Below, one piece after another: positions 27,563-37,055 of a stretch of DNA of 63,728 nucleotides. Position numbers and translations under genes: made by a program. The stretch is from a virus (Duplodnaviria; Caudoviricetes). The stretch is taken from the IMG/VR virus record IMGVR_UViG_3300037294_000424, positions 1 through 63,728 of that record; one strand, written 5' to 3'. The notes below the pieces were generated by a model that saw nothing but the letters and a program-made list of their open reading frames with translations, ran no database searches and was not told the origin of the DNA. Every line of letters begins with the position of its first letter. Position 1 is the first letter of the stretch.

Positions 27563-28185
27563 GTGATGAACTATTCAGTAAGAACAAGCAACGGTATTTC
27601 ACGCTCGACTATGATAACGCCACCGAGTCGGGCCTGAAGCCGTTAATTGCGGCCTTTGGCAAGGCGGGTGAAAAGGTTGTTGAAGTTGTCGCAAGTAACA
27701 TGAAAAAGCGCACGGATGGCAACTTTCAAAAGCAAGCCCAATTCATTTTCGAGAACGGCCAATCACTTGTTATCACCATTGGCGAGCTGGGCGATGTGGC
27801 ACTAACAAAGCTTAACAGCACAATCATTCCCATTAGCGACTCAGGCACGATAAATGCCTATGCAAAAGACGTATCTAACGCCATGGGTAAGAATCAGGTT
27901 AAGTTTGAAAAGGCTTTGGCCCGTAAAGCTGCTGCTGCCATTAAAGATGTGTCTAACGTCAAGCCAGCGTCTAAGTCGTTAGCGGCCCGAGTCGTGGAAG
28001 CCCAGCAAGCCATGAGTGCGGCCACCAGCAATATTGAAGCGGAAAGTAAGCGCTTAGCAGAAGCTAATTTATTGAAGAATAAAAACAGTGAAGAGCTTGA
28101 TCGCTTAAAGAGCCAGTTATCCGCCGCCAAAAGTGAAGAAAACAGCTTGGCCGATGCCATTAGTGAACTAGAAGGTAAAGCATAA
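27559..28185 (+). CDS. hdf: Hdf (DarA N-terminal homologue)
   Basis: F.F.NGQS..I motif shared with the DarA N-terminus, followed by coiled coil; synteny. Confidence 0.75.
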   Translation: MSDELFSKNKQRYFTLDYDNATESGLKPLIAAFGKAGEKVVEVVASNMKKRTDGNFQKQAQFIFENGQSLVITIGELGDVALTKLNSTIIPISDSGTINAYAKDVSNAMGKNQVKFEKALARKAAAAIKDVSNVKPASKSLAARVVEAQQAMSAATSNIEAESKRLAEANLLKNKNSEELDRLKSQLSAAKSEENSLADAISELEGKA

Positions 28186-31079
28186 TGTTAAAGACAAGGA
28201 TCATACTTAATGGCTTAGTACACGGCTTGTCTGCCATGACCATTAAAGATTATGAGTATGAAGCGCTACTTGAAACAGATGGCGACTTGATGTTTGAATC
28301 TGTCACGCTCGAAGAGCTGGATAATACTTATCTGTATGGCAAGCCAATGGCCCCCGCGCCAATGTTTGAAGCGATAACGACGACTAAAAACCGTATTGAT
28401 AGAACCATGATGGCCTTTCATCGTGAGCTTACTCGCCAGTTTACAGGGACAGATATTGCGCCTGAAGTGGCCGAGATATCAAAGCCTAAGATCTCTGCGG
28501 GCTTTGCCACGTTAACGGCTCGCTTCCCGCTTAGTGACGGCCAGAGTATTGGCATTATCTTTCACTCACCCTCGGGTGATCCCGCTAAAATCGTTGAGGC
28601 TGATGTGCTGGTGGCCTTCCGTTTCGTGCTTAATAAGCGCGATGTAACGCCAACGGTCGCGCCTGCTGGTGGCGTTGATGTGTCACTAAAGCAAGTAACG
28701 CTTAAGCTCGCCAACTTAGCCGAGCGCAATTCTGCTAAATTCCAAGCGGCTCAGGCAAAGAACAAAGCCAAGAAGGCTGAACTAACCACTATCCAAAATG
28801 AGACTGAGGCCAAAGGGCTAGAGCTAAGCGAATTGTCGTCAAGAGCCGATAGCACTGAATCTGAGGCGGTATTACTTGTGGATCGGGCAAAGACGTACAC
28901 GTTAGCACTTAGCAAGGCAGGCGAGCGTATAGGCGTACTCAAGAAGCGATTAGCAGCCCTTCAGGCACAGGCCAAGCCCGCTAAGCCAGCCGAACAAACA
29001 GGTGACACGCCCGAGGCAAGCCCTACGCCGTCGGTTGCGATGACTGAAAATGACAATGCCGAGATAAAACACTTCATCAAAACAATCGCAAGAGATATCA
29101 AAGTCTATGAAATGATAAACACGGGCGATCCTTCTATGGCGGGGATGGATGCAAGAGCATTCTCAACGTCCATTAGCAATCGCGTTAAAACCCTGCATAA
29201 GAATGGCAAGCAAGCCGTTGTTGATGGTGTTTTAGCCCATATTGCACAGGTTAACCCCTCGCTGACTAAGCCCTTGTTTACCGACAGGCATAAAATTTGG
29301 ACGCTAGGCAGCGGTAAGCCCATTGAAGAAACCGCTAAGCCAGCTTCACCCGCTAAGCCCGTGCAAGATAAGGCTACTAATGAGGTGTTGGCATATCGCC
29401 ACTACGCTAAGCTAAGCGGCAACCTAGAAGAGCGCCCAAGCGATGCGGTAGGTGTTATGAAAGGCAACCAGCTATCAGCCGCGCCTGAGGTTGTCACTAT
29501 GGTTGCAGCCAAAGCGCTGGGAGACGTTGCTGGCGTTCTGGTTTACACCAAAAAGCTCACTGATGCCGATATCACCAAATACGGCCTTGTTGATATCACG
29601 CCTGATGCAGTAGAGCTAGGTAGCGATGGCAGTCTTGCTATCGACTTTAAGACAGAGGTTAGCAATTTAATCTCTACCCACTTTGGTAAAACGTGGCATG
29701 AAATAGGCTTAGAAGATCCTTACTCATTGCCCAAAATTATAAGTGGAGATCCCCGTTTCAATACCGCTCAACGCGATGAGCTTATGAAGGTGGTAGCTCA
29801 GTACCAGATTGATAAGCGCATTGCTGACTCACAAGCCATCTTTGGCGCGGGTGATTTACATTGGTACGGTCTGCGAGCTAGGCCGCTTTCGTTTGGTGCT
29901 TCCCCTAAAGCTCAGGTTGTTGTGCAGCTTGATAATGCCATGGCCTCGGTAAAATTCCCTTTGCTTCAAAACAGCAATTCACTTCGTCACGGCGCGGTGG
30001 CATACCTTGAACCGCTATCTCAGGAGGACATTAAGAGTTATGAATTTGTTGATCTAGCGGCTGGGAGCGGTCAGCTTGATGATGAAGATTATGAATACGC
30101 CATGGCCGATCTGGTAACGGCGCTTTTGGATCGACACGGTGAAAGCTCAATGCGGATAGCGCCTGAGGTTGTTGAGTCGATAATTCAGGGGTTTAATGAT
30201 AACCGTGTAATGTTCATAGCAAAAATAACCCGTAACGTGGAAGCCTTTAAAAGTCGAAAGGTCGATCCTGAAACTTACGAGAATTTCAAAATATTTTCAG
30301 AACAAGTCACGGCTAAAGCTTTGGAAGAAGAGTTGATGAAGTGGGCCATAGATAGCGACGGTGAGCGTATTGCTTCAGAACCCGCGCAAACGCCAAAATC
30401 AACCGTGATAAAGTTACTCGACGGGTTCACGGGTTATAACGGTGTGTCGCTACAGTATGCGGAGAACAAGGGTGAGTACATTGTAATTTATAACCCTTCC
30501 GATAAGCGCGAGCCTGAGTTTGCCCTTTATAAGAATGATCAGATGGCTAAAGACTTCACTTTTGAAGGCTTTAACGAGTTTGTTCGGTCGGATAAAGAAT
30601 TGCCTGTATTTATTCTTGACGCTCTGAAGTCTGTCGATATGGGAAAACATATTGATGCGAGCGGTAAAATGACCAATAGCGGTCAGGATGCAATTTTAGA
30701 CGCTTTCTTCAGTGAAGAAAGAATACAAGCATACTTTGGCGGGCTAGGAGAAATGACTAAGTTTGTCCAAGATGTGAAAGCGGATCATAACAATGGCAGC
30801 AAGCCATTTATGCAAACCTATCAAGGCGCTGAAGGTGAAGAGTTCACGCCCGCTCAAGAAGGCACTGGCGAGCTACCCCCTGAACAAGTGGAGAATGAAG
30901 TGATTAAGACGCTAGAAGACGCGCTAGTTAATGAGAGTGATGTTGAGGCGCTAATCAATATTCTTGAGAAGGCCATTGAAGATCTAGAGCAAGCAGGCAC
31001 TTATGATGAAAACGAGGCCTTAGTTGAGAAGGTGTCCGACCGCATTACTGAGCTTCTAGTCCAAGAGGGGCCAAAATAA
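28185..31079 (+). CDS. darA: Defence against restriction protein DarA
   Basis: PLSDGQSIGIIFHSPSGDP N-domain and YGLRARP...RHGAVAY..PL DarA-C-like domain. Confidence 0.85.
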   Translation: MLKTRIILNGLVHGLSAMTIKDYEYEALLETDGDLMFESVTLEELDNTYLYGKPMAPAPMFEAITTTKNRIDRTMMAFHRELTRQFTGTDIAPEVAEISKPKISAGFATLTARFPLSDGQSIGIIFHSPSGDPAKIVEADVLVAFRFVLNKRDVTPTVAPAGGVDVSLKQVTLKLANLAERNSAKFQAAQAKNKAKKAELTTIQNETEAKGLELSELSSRADSTESEAVLLVDRAKTYTLALSKAGERIGVLKKRLAALQAQAKPAKPAEQTGDTPEASPTPSVAMTENDNAEIKHFIKTIARDIKVYEMINTGDPSMAGMDARAFSTSISNRVKTLHKNGKQAVVDGVLAHIAQVNPSLTKPLFTDRHKIWTLGSGKPIEETAKPASPAKPVQDKATNEVLAYRHYAKLSGNLEERPSDAVGVMKGNQLSAAPEVVTMVAAKALGDVAGVLVYTKKLTDADITKYGLVDITPDAVELGSDGSLAIDFKTEVSNLISTHFGKTWHEIGLEDPYSLPKIISGDPRFNTAQRDELMKVVAQYQIDKRIADSQAIFGAGDLHWYGLRARPLSFGASPKAQVVVQLDNAMASVKFPLLQNSNSLRHGAVAYLEPLSQEDIKSYEFVDLAAGSGQLDDEDYEYAMADLVTALLDRHGESSMRIAPEVVESIIQGFNDNRVMFIAKITRNVEAFKSRKVDPETYENFKIFSEQVTAKALEEELMKWAIDSDGERIASEPAQTPKSTVIKLLDGFTGYNGVSLQYAENKGEYIVIYNPSDKREPEFALYKNDQMAKDFTFEGFNEFVRSDKELPVFILDALKSVDMGKHIDASGKMTNSGQDAILDAFFSEERIQAYFGGLGEMTKFVQDVKADHNNGSKPFMQTYQGAEGEEFTPAQEGTGELPPEQVENEVIKTLEDALVNESDVEALINILEKAIEDLEQAGTYDENEALVEKVSDRITELLVQEGPK

Positions 31080-31405
31080 TGAAGCTATCCTCAAAAGAAA
31101 AGCTGGCTATTCAGCGTGAAAACCTCGGCATTAAAAAACAGCTTGAGGCTGGTGGCCTGAAGGCGAAAGATAAAACCCCCCTGCAAAGATTGTGGAAGGA
31201 AAACCTTAAGCGCCTTGAAGTTAAAGCGCAGGGTCAAACAGAAGGCGGGATGATTGATAAGTACGTCTCAGGGGGCTTTAACAGTGTGGATATTATGAAG
31301 TTTTTAGAAGTGATTGATCAGGTCAGTGCTGAAGGGGCAGATCTCGACCAGCTAAAGACAGGTGCAAAGTCTTGGGCCGAGGCTAACGAACCCTTACTTT
31401 CTTAA
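31079..31405 (+). CDS. ddrA: DdrA-like protein
   Basis: 108 aa between darA and ddrB. Confidence 0.55.
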   Translation: MKLSSKEKLAIQRENLGIKKQLEAGGLKAKDKTPLQRLWKENLKRLEVKAQGQTEGGMIDKYVSGGFNSVDIMKFLEVIDQVSAEGADLDQLKTGAKSWAEANEPLLS

Positions 31406-31459
31406 TTAATCGCCATTAACAGGGGGCTATCATAGCCCCCTTATTCTTGCAGGTATCCC

Positions 31460-33703
31460 ATGAATAAAATAATCCTCCCCCAAGCGCAAACAGGGGATTC
31501 TAAAAGCATTACAACAGTCACAGGTCGCGCCGTTCAGGTTCAATTTGCCGCCGTCGAGTTATCAAGCCTAATCACCTCAAATCATCTTAACGGGGCCGTT
31601 AATGAGTTTTACCCCCAAGAGCTTCAACCAAGAAATAGAACCTCGCTAGCAAGCATACAGAAGGTTTCCGCTAGTTCTAGAGTCGTGTCGCTGGGTTGGC
31701 TATCTACCTCTGACACAAGCGTTTCAGGTGCGCCTATCATCGGTGAAGATATGATTGTTGAGTCAGGTAATGGCCGAGTGATGGCAGTTCGCAAGGCATA
31801 CGCTGAAGGGGGTTGTGATAATTATAGAGAACGGCTTGCATTGGCTGCTGAGCAGTTTGGCCTTGCTGAAGCCACAATAAGAAGCATGAGAGCGCCTGTC
31901 CTTGTGCGTATAAGGCTCACAGAAATGGACAGGGCTGTATTTGCTCAAGAGTCCAATCATGACGATGAGGCAACTAGACAATCGTCTCATCCAGACATAA
32001 TTAATATGTTTGAGTCTATTGGTAGCGATATTGATAGAACCCGCGATGCAGGCAAAATTAAGGCGATGCTGTATCACAGCTATTTACAGTCTAGAAGGAC
32101 AACAAAGGAGCAGGTAGAGGATGCTATAGCCACAGTGCTGGAAAGGTCTATAAAAAACCGAGACGGCAAGGCATTCAGCTATGACTACACGCTGCTAGAA
32201 AAGCTGGTTGACAGAGGTCAGTTAGCGGGACTCAACTTGCACAGCGAAATATCGCGGTTCTGGCACCGCATAGCTGAAAAGATCCTCCCTGATGAAATGG
32301 GCAGTAATATATGGCTATCGGTTATGGCTAGAATTAGCGGCATACTTAATATTGCTGAAATGCTTGCAGCCATTGAAAGTAAAGATTTTGACCGAATAAA
32401 GCCCGTTTACGAATGGATAACGAAAAATAAAGAACAACTTAAAAACGGGTCGTTCGGGTACGAAATGGCTAACGCCTTTGCAGATAGGCCGCTTTCACAG
32501 CAAGAGTATGACGACTTTCTTGAAACAACTATCGACACGGCGCTATACATTGACGCCCCTATTAATGCGCTGGTTGACGACCAAAGGGCGCTAATAGAAT
32601 ACATAACCAATGGATATGGAGAGTTGCCAGTATCAAAGGAAGAGCTGCTTAGGGAGTTCAAGGCCGCGCTAGTAAGAAAGGATTTATTACCGAAAGACAA
32701 CACGCTAGAAGGCGATGAGTTAATTAAAGCCCTCACCTCTGGCCTGCCAAAGAGCAGTACCATAGCTAAAGAGGCTAGCCTTCAAGCAATGAAGGATAGA
32801 AACAAAAAAGATCCTACTGATGTGTCTGATTGGAAACTGCATTCTTTTGAGCGAGATCTAGAAAGAGGGGCGAAATTCTTTAAGGCGCACAACTTGTCAA
32901 AGTCAGTCATGAATACGACAGAGGCGGCGCTCACGGAGTACCTTGATGGTGGCCCAATACCGCTCTTTGGTTTAGTTGGATTGGAGATAGGCAACGCTAT
33001 GATTGCCGCCGATAAAAAAACAAAGCGGCACTCTGAGGTGGCAGATAAGGTGAGCGAGTATGTAAGCGGGCTGATTGATGGCTATGAGCATACAGACAGC
33101 AAGATAGGCAGCCTCACAACTAAGGCAGTGAAAAGCCTGAAAGCAGAAAATAAAACCCCTCAAGATTTACAGGGGTATGTTGATAGCTTCAGTGCGCTGG
33201 TAGGCGGTAATATAACTAAAATAGCGTTTGAAAATGGAGAATCAGTTAAGGGATCTGGTGGCCGTGCTTATGCCTTGTTTAATCGCCCAACAATCAGCAT
33301 AGGGAAAGAACCGTGTAAAGCGACAATATGGCATGAAATGGGCCACGTAATTGAGAATACAAACCCAATAATACACAATGCCGCGCTCGCGTTGATCAGG
33401 CGTCGCCACCTTCAAGCCATAAAAACGCCTAAAGTGACCAAGCTAAAAACTTATACTGAGTTAGCAACTAACAAGGAATACATAGTAAACAACTTTATTG
33501 AAGAGCCGTATTGCAGCAAGTTTTATACGCCTTCGACTGAAGCAGACAGTGATTTTGCTCATGCCATGGGAACAGAGCTTATTTCTATGGGCTTTGAGTG
33601 GTTATCAGAAAAAGCGTTAATGCCTAAGCTGGTGATGGACAAAGAACTGCTTTCTATTATACTCGCGGCTGTAGGCACTCTAAATGAAAGCGGGGCATCA
33701 TAA
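31460..33703 (+). CDS. ddrB: DdrB-like polyvalent protein (ParB-like N-domain, C-terminal zincin motif)
   Basis: YPQELQPRNR...GAPII...VESGNGR; C-terminal WHEMGH. Confidence 0.8.
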   Translation: MNKIILPQAQTGDSKSITTVTGRAVQVQFAAVELSSLITSNHLNGAVNEFYPQELQPRNRTSLASIQKVSASSRVVSLGWLSTSDTSVSGAPIIGEDMIVESGNGRVMAVRKAYAEGGCDNYRERLALAAEQFGLAEATIRSMRAPVLVRIRLTEMDRAVFAQESNHDDEATRQSSHPDIINMFESIGSDIDRTRDAGKIKAMLYHSYLQSRRTTKEQVEDAIATVLERSIKNRDGKAFSYDYTLLEKLVDRGQLAGLNLHSEISRFWHRIAEKILPDEMGSNIWLSVMARISGILNIAEMLAAIESKDFDRIKPVYEWITKNKEQLKNGSFGYEMANAFADRPLSQQEYDDFLETTIDTALYIDAPINALVDDQRALIEYITNGYGELPVSKEELLREFKAALVRKDLLPKDNTLEGDELIKALTSGLPKSSTIAKEASLQAMKDRNKKDPTDVSDWKLHSFERDLERGAKFFKAHNLSKSVMNTTEAALTEYLDGGPIPLFGLVGLEIGNAMIAADKKTKRHSEVADKVSEYVSGLIDGYEHTDSKIGSLTTKAVKSLKAENKTPQDLQGYVDSFSALVGGNITKIAFENGESVKGSGGRAYALFNRPTISIGKEPCKATIWHEMGHVIENTNPIIHNAALALIRRRHLQAIKTPKVTKLKTYTELATNKEYIVNNFIEEPYCSKFYTPSTEADSDFAHAMGTELISMGFEWLSEKALMPKLVMDKELLSIILAAVGTLNESGAS

Positions 33704-34005
33704 TGATAATTATAGCAATGGGTAACGCCGACACTGTGCTGGTGGACTCTGAGGCGACAAATGCACGAAACAGAGCAGGGTACAAAAGTGCTGGCGAGCA
33801 CAGCGATGAAGCGATTAAAGAGTTGCTAGTCGGTGGCCCTGATGTTGGCGGCCTGAGCATTAACAGCGAACAGGCTTCGCCATTAGGCATTAAGGGTGTT
33901 CTTGAGCGGAATGGCTATGTAGTCACTATGCCAAAAGAATACGAAGACAGTGAAGACGATGAGTATGAAGGCACGGCCAAAGACGGCTCGCTAGTCCTGT
34001 ACTGA
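33703..34005 (+). CDS. hxr: Hxr-like small acidic protein
   Basis: 100 aa, last gene of the dar operon as in P1. Confidence 0.5.
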   Translation: MIIIAMGNADTVLVDSEATNARNRAGYKSAGEHSDEAIKELLVGGPDVGGLSINSEQASPLGIKGVLERNGYVVTMPKEYEDSEDDEYEGTAKDGSLVLY

Positions 34006-34026
34006 TCTTGAACTGTTAATTGAAGT

Positions 34027-34050
34027 AGGCCGCCGAGTGCGGCCTTTTTT
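34027..34050 (+). terminator. Intrinsic terminator of the dar operon
   Basis: AGGCCGC-CGAGT-GCGGCCT TTTTT. Confidence 0.75.
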
Positions 34051-34075
34051 GTGCCTGCCAATTACTGGTGGGCGG

Positions 34076-34402
34076 TATGGGAAACGCCCCAAGTAGCCAT
34101 AAAAAACGCCCTTGTTTCACCTATAAAAAAACGCCCCGTTAAAAGGTGTCAAACTGGAATAGGCACGAATGCCGCCTTATCTGTTATCCACATATCAACA
34201 GCCTATTTTTAAATTATTTTACTGTTTTTTTCTTTTTAAAGCTTTTTAGGTATCGCTGTAGCCCTAGTGCTGCAAGGCTTTCAGGGGGGGTGGTATGGGA
34301 TATAGCTCAAGTTACTATGGGAAATAGCTCAAGTTACTATGGGAAATGGCCCAAGTTACTATGGGAAATGGCCCAAGTTACTATGGGAAATGGCCCAAGT
34401 TA
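34076..34402 (+). promoter_or_regulatory. Plasmid origin: DnaA box, AT-rich tract and five 22-bp iterons
   Basis: TTATCCACA at 34184-34192; CTATGGGAAATGGCCCAAGTTA x5 at 34293-34402; degenerate copy at 34076. Confidence 0.9.
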
Positions 34403-34476
34403 AATTAATTTTTACTAACACCCCTGTATCGCGCTATTGTGGGGGAAATAAAAACACCCCATAGCGCAGTGATACT

Positions 34477-35190
34477 ATGAATAATGTAACCCCGCATAAG
34501 AGCAAAAAAATAATCAGTCAGTCTAACGAATTGACTGAGGCGGCCTACTATCTAGGGCTGAAGGCAAAGCGGGTACTGTGGATCTGTTTATCTCAAATTG
34601 GGAAAAAAGATAATCACGACGGGGTGTTTACTGTGTTGGTTTCTGATTACCAAAGCTTATTTGAAGTGGGGATATCCACAGCCACTAACGATGTTAGGGA
34701 TGGACTAAGAGAGCTTGGCAGAAGCACAGTTATCTTTCACCCTAAGTCTGGGGAATACTCAGAAGTAGAGCGCCCTTGGCTATCTGAAATAGCGACTAAA
34801 AGCGGTCGAGGCAAGTACCTAGTTGAGTTTAACTACAAGCTTGTGCCTTACATCGTGGGCTTGACGCAACAATTCACCACATTCAACTTGCAAGATTGCG
34901 GCAGGCTGAACAGTGTAAGGACAATCAGGCTTTACGAAAGCTTATGCCAGTATCGCTCATCGGGCGTATGGGCTGTGGGGGTGGACTGGCTAACGCGCCG
35001 TTATCAGTTGCCCACTTCTCAAAGGGATAATTTTGCCGAGCTTAAAAGAAGCTTTCTAGATCCGTCCATTAAACGCATTAACAATGAAACGCCTCTTACA
35101 GTGTCTTACATCGAGAATGCCAAAAACAACAAGGTCGTGTCGATAGTCTTCAATATCGTGGATCAGAAGTCGCTCGAAGAAACGCATTAA
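34477..35190 (+). CDS. Plasmid replication initiator, Rep_3 (RepB/RepE) family
   Basis: QSNELTEAAY.L, IRLYESLCQYR and LKR.FL.P.I..IN..T motifs; flanked by iterons. Confidence 0.92.
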   Translation: MNNVTPHKSKKIISQSNELTEAAYYLGLKAKRVLWICLSQIGKKDNHDGVFTVLVSDYQSLFEVGISTATNDVRDGLRELGRSTVIFHPKSGEYSEVERPWLSEIATKSGRGKYLVEFNYKLVPYIVGLTQQFTTFNLQDCGRLNSVRTIRLYESLCQYRSSGVWAVGVDWLTRRYQLPTSQRDNFAELKRSFLDPSIKRINNETPLTVSYIENAKNNKVVSIVFNIVDQKSLEETH

Positions 35191-35354
35191 CTTGGGCTAT
35201 TCCCCATAGCTAACCAATTCCCCCTGACGGTGCGATTTTTTATAGCAAGGCAAGGCGTTAACTTGGGCCATTTCCCATAGCTAACCAATTCCCCCCGACG
35301 GTGCGATTTTTTATAGCAAGACAAGGCGCTAACTTGGGCCATTTCCCATAACTA
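35188..35354 (-). repeat. Downstream control iterons (incA/incC-like) within 71-bp direct repeats
   Basis: Inverted iterons TAACTTGGGCCATTTCCCATAG at 35188, 35259 and 35330. Confidence 0.88.
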
Positions 35355-35441
35355 ACTAAGCACCCTCTGCGCTGACCTATAAAAAAGCACATAGATAAAA
35401 GGCAAATCCAAGGGGATATGCCGATTATTTTACTAAATCAC

Positions 35442-35537
35442 TTGCAGGTGCGGCATGGGTGCGATATATTGAATCCGTTCCCAAGGAACAGCTAAGAAGC
35501 CCACCGCATTGGTAGGGCGAAAGTTAAGGAAAGAATC
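35442..35537 (+). promoter_or_regulatory. Promoter plus structured leader, copy 2
   Basis: TTGCAG-17bp-TATATT; homologous to 2556..2653. Confidence 0.75.
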
Positions 35538-35843
35538 ATGAAAAACTTAAATGACCTAAAAGTAACTAACATCGAATCCAACACAGAGTTCGGTTTCTTT
35601 TTTGTAGAATTTAGCAATGGGAAGTCGTTGCAGTGCTGCTTAAAGGCTTTACGCCAAAGCGAAGAAGAACATTTTGAAAACGGCCCAATATTTTTAAATC
35701 AAATTGAGCATGATAATAGCGGGTTTTCCGATGGCTTATGCGCAGACTGTAACGAGTGGGCGGTTGTAGATGGTGAGTGGGGCCATATTATTGACTTCTT
35801 AATCGAACGCGCGCGAGAAAATGGCGTTCAGATTGTAGCGTAA
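35538..35843 (+). CDS. Small acidic hypothetical protein (anti-defence candidate)
   Basis: 101 aa, own promoter and RBS, followed by terminator. Confidence 0.7.
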   Translation: MKNLNDLKVTNIESNTEFGFFFVEFSNGKSLQCCLKALRQSEEEHFENGPIFLNQIEHDNSGFSDGLCADCNEWAVVDGEWGHIIDFLIERARENGVQIVA

Positions 35844-35859
35844 AACGTAAACCACAAGA

Positions 35860-35890
35860 AGCTAAGCCAGCCTATAAAGCTGGCTTAGTT
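35860..35890. terminator. Terminator between convergent genes
   Basis: CTAAGCCAGC-CTATAAA-GCTGGCTTAG hairpin. Confidence 0.65.
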
Positions 35891-35899
35891 GTTTTGAGG

Positions 35900-36415
35900 T
35901 TAACGATAGTTGGGCCTGTATTGTTCAGGAATAAGCTCTACAGGAACATAGCGCAAAGCCTTTTCAAGATAATCACTGATCTCACCGTCGCCCGCTCGGG
36001 TGTTATAGTTAGCCTTCCAATATGCGGCCCGTCCCGCCAGCGTCTTAGGGATCTGGTCAGTCAGCACTAGGTAGCGTAACCGAGTGAAGGCAAAGGCCAG
36101 TAAGGGGCTTAACTCTAGCTCTGGATAAGTCACATTGGATAGCGTGAACCCAAACGCTTTAAATAGCGCCTTTTCTTCTTTCTTCCCTGTGAATTTTTCC
36201 TTTAACCATTTGAAGGTGCCTTCATCCACTTGAGTAGCGCCACTGCCCGCATAGCGCTCTGTTGGATCTCTGAAGTTGCCTAGGTTGGTTTCAACCGCGC
36301 TCGTCTCTAATAGCTGCTGTACGGCGGTATTATTCAAACCGTGGCCCAGTACGTCACACACTGCAATTGATAGGTCTACAGCGTGTTTAAGTGTTACCAA
36401 TCCATATAAAAGCAT
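35900..36415 (-). CDS. Probable endolysin (lysozyme-like fold)
   Basis: LLET.AVET.LG, G..Q.D and RAAYWK..YNT..G motifs typical of small phage lysins. Confidence 0.65.
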   Translation of the reverse strand: MLLYGLVTLKHAVDLSIAVCDVLGHGLNNTAVQQLLETSAVETNLGNFRDPTERYAGSGATQVDEGTFKWLKEKFTGKKEEKALFKAFGFTLSNVTYPELELSPLLAFAFTRLRYLVLTDQIPKTLAGRAAYWKANYNTRAGDGEISDYLEKALRYVPVELIPEQYRPNYR

Positions 36416-36629
36416 AAAGCCCCCTAAATGTAGATGTAAATAAAAGCGGGAGGCTATAGGTAAATGCGTGGTAGGGATAATTCAGAGGGTATTTGTGCTG
36501 TTAAGTGCTTTTTTAGCAATAAAAAACCCGCCACTTCACAGGCGGGTTTTTGCTTTATAACAATGCTGGAATATAAATGCGATCACGCAGGCATTGTTTT
36601 TGAAGCTTTGTGGAAGCTGTAACCTAGGC

Positions 36630-37055
36630 TTACCCTAAAATAAGCGACTCCATTTCTAGGTCGTGTAAATGGTAGTCGTAATCATCGCTATCGGCTATCG
36701 CTATTTTGTGAGAAGCACTAAAAACATTGCCATTGTCCACGTTGTAGGTGTGATACGCCCAAGCAGAGCAGCAAAGTAGGTGCGCCCCGTCCATTCTAAA
36801 TACGGTTAATGCGCCCGCTTCAACACTATCACCAAACTCACTGTGACCATGGTTTATCAATAGCTCTTTTAAGGGCCACCAATACGGGCCATAGGCGCGG
36901 TACATAATTGGCTTACCCTTGAGTATGCCAGCAAGGTTTTTAATGTACCCACTCACAAACTCGGCCTCTGTTTGTGTTTCTGTGGCTTCTGCGACTAATT
37001 CAGTCAATTGCTCTGCCGTCGGCACGATTGCTTTATCTAACATACTAAGCTCCAA
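36630..37055 (-). CDS. ulx: Ulx-like protein
   Basis: Directly downstream of darB as in P1; YRAYGPYWW motif. Confidence 0.65.
   Translation of the reverse strand: MELSMLDKAIVPTAEQLTELVAEATETQTEAEFVSGYIKNLAGILKGKPIMYRAYGPYWWPLKELLINHGHSEFGDSVEAGALTVFRMDGAHLLCCSAWAYHTYNVDNGNVFSASHKIAIADSDDYDYHLHDLEMESLILG

Noticed and set aside
34146-34403. 85-aa ORF with AQVTMGN repeats
   Set aside because: Reads through the iterons of the origin
34293-35354. CRISPR array
   Set aside because: Repeats are contiguous or have near-identical spacers, flank a Rep gene as iterons, and no cas genes are present
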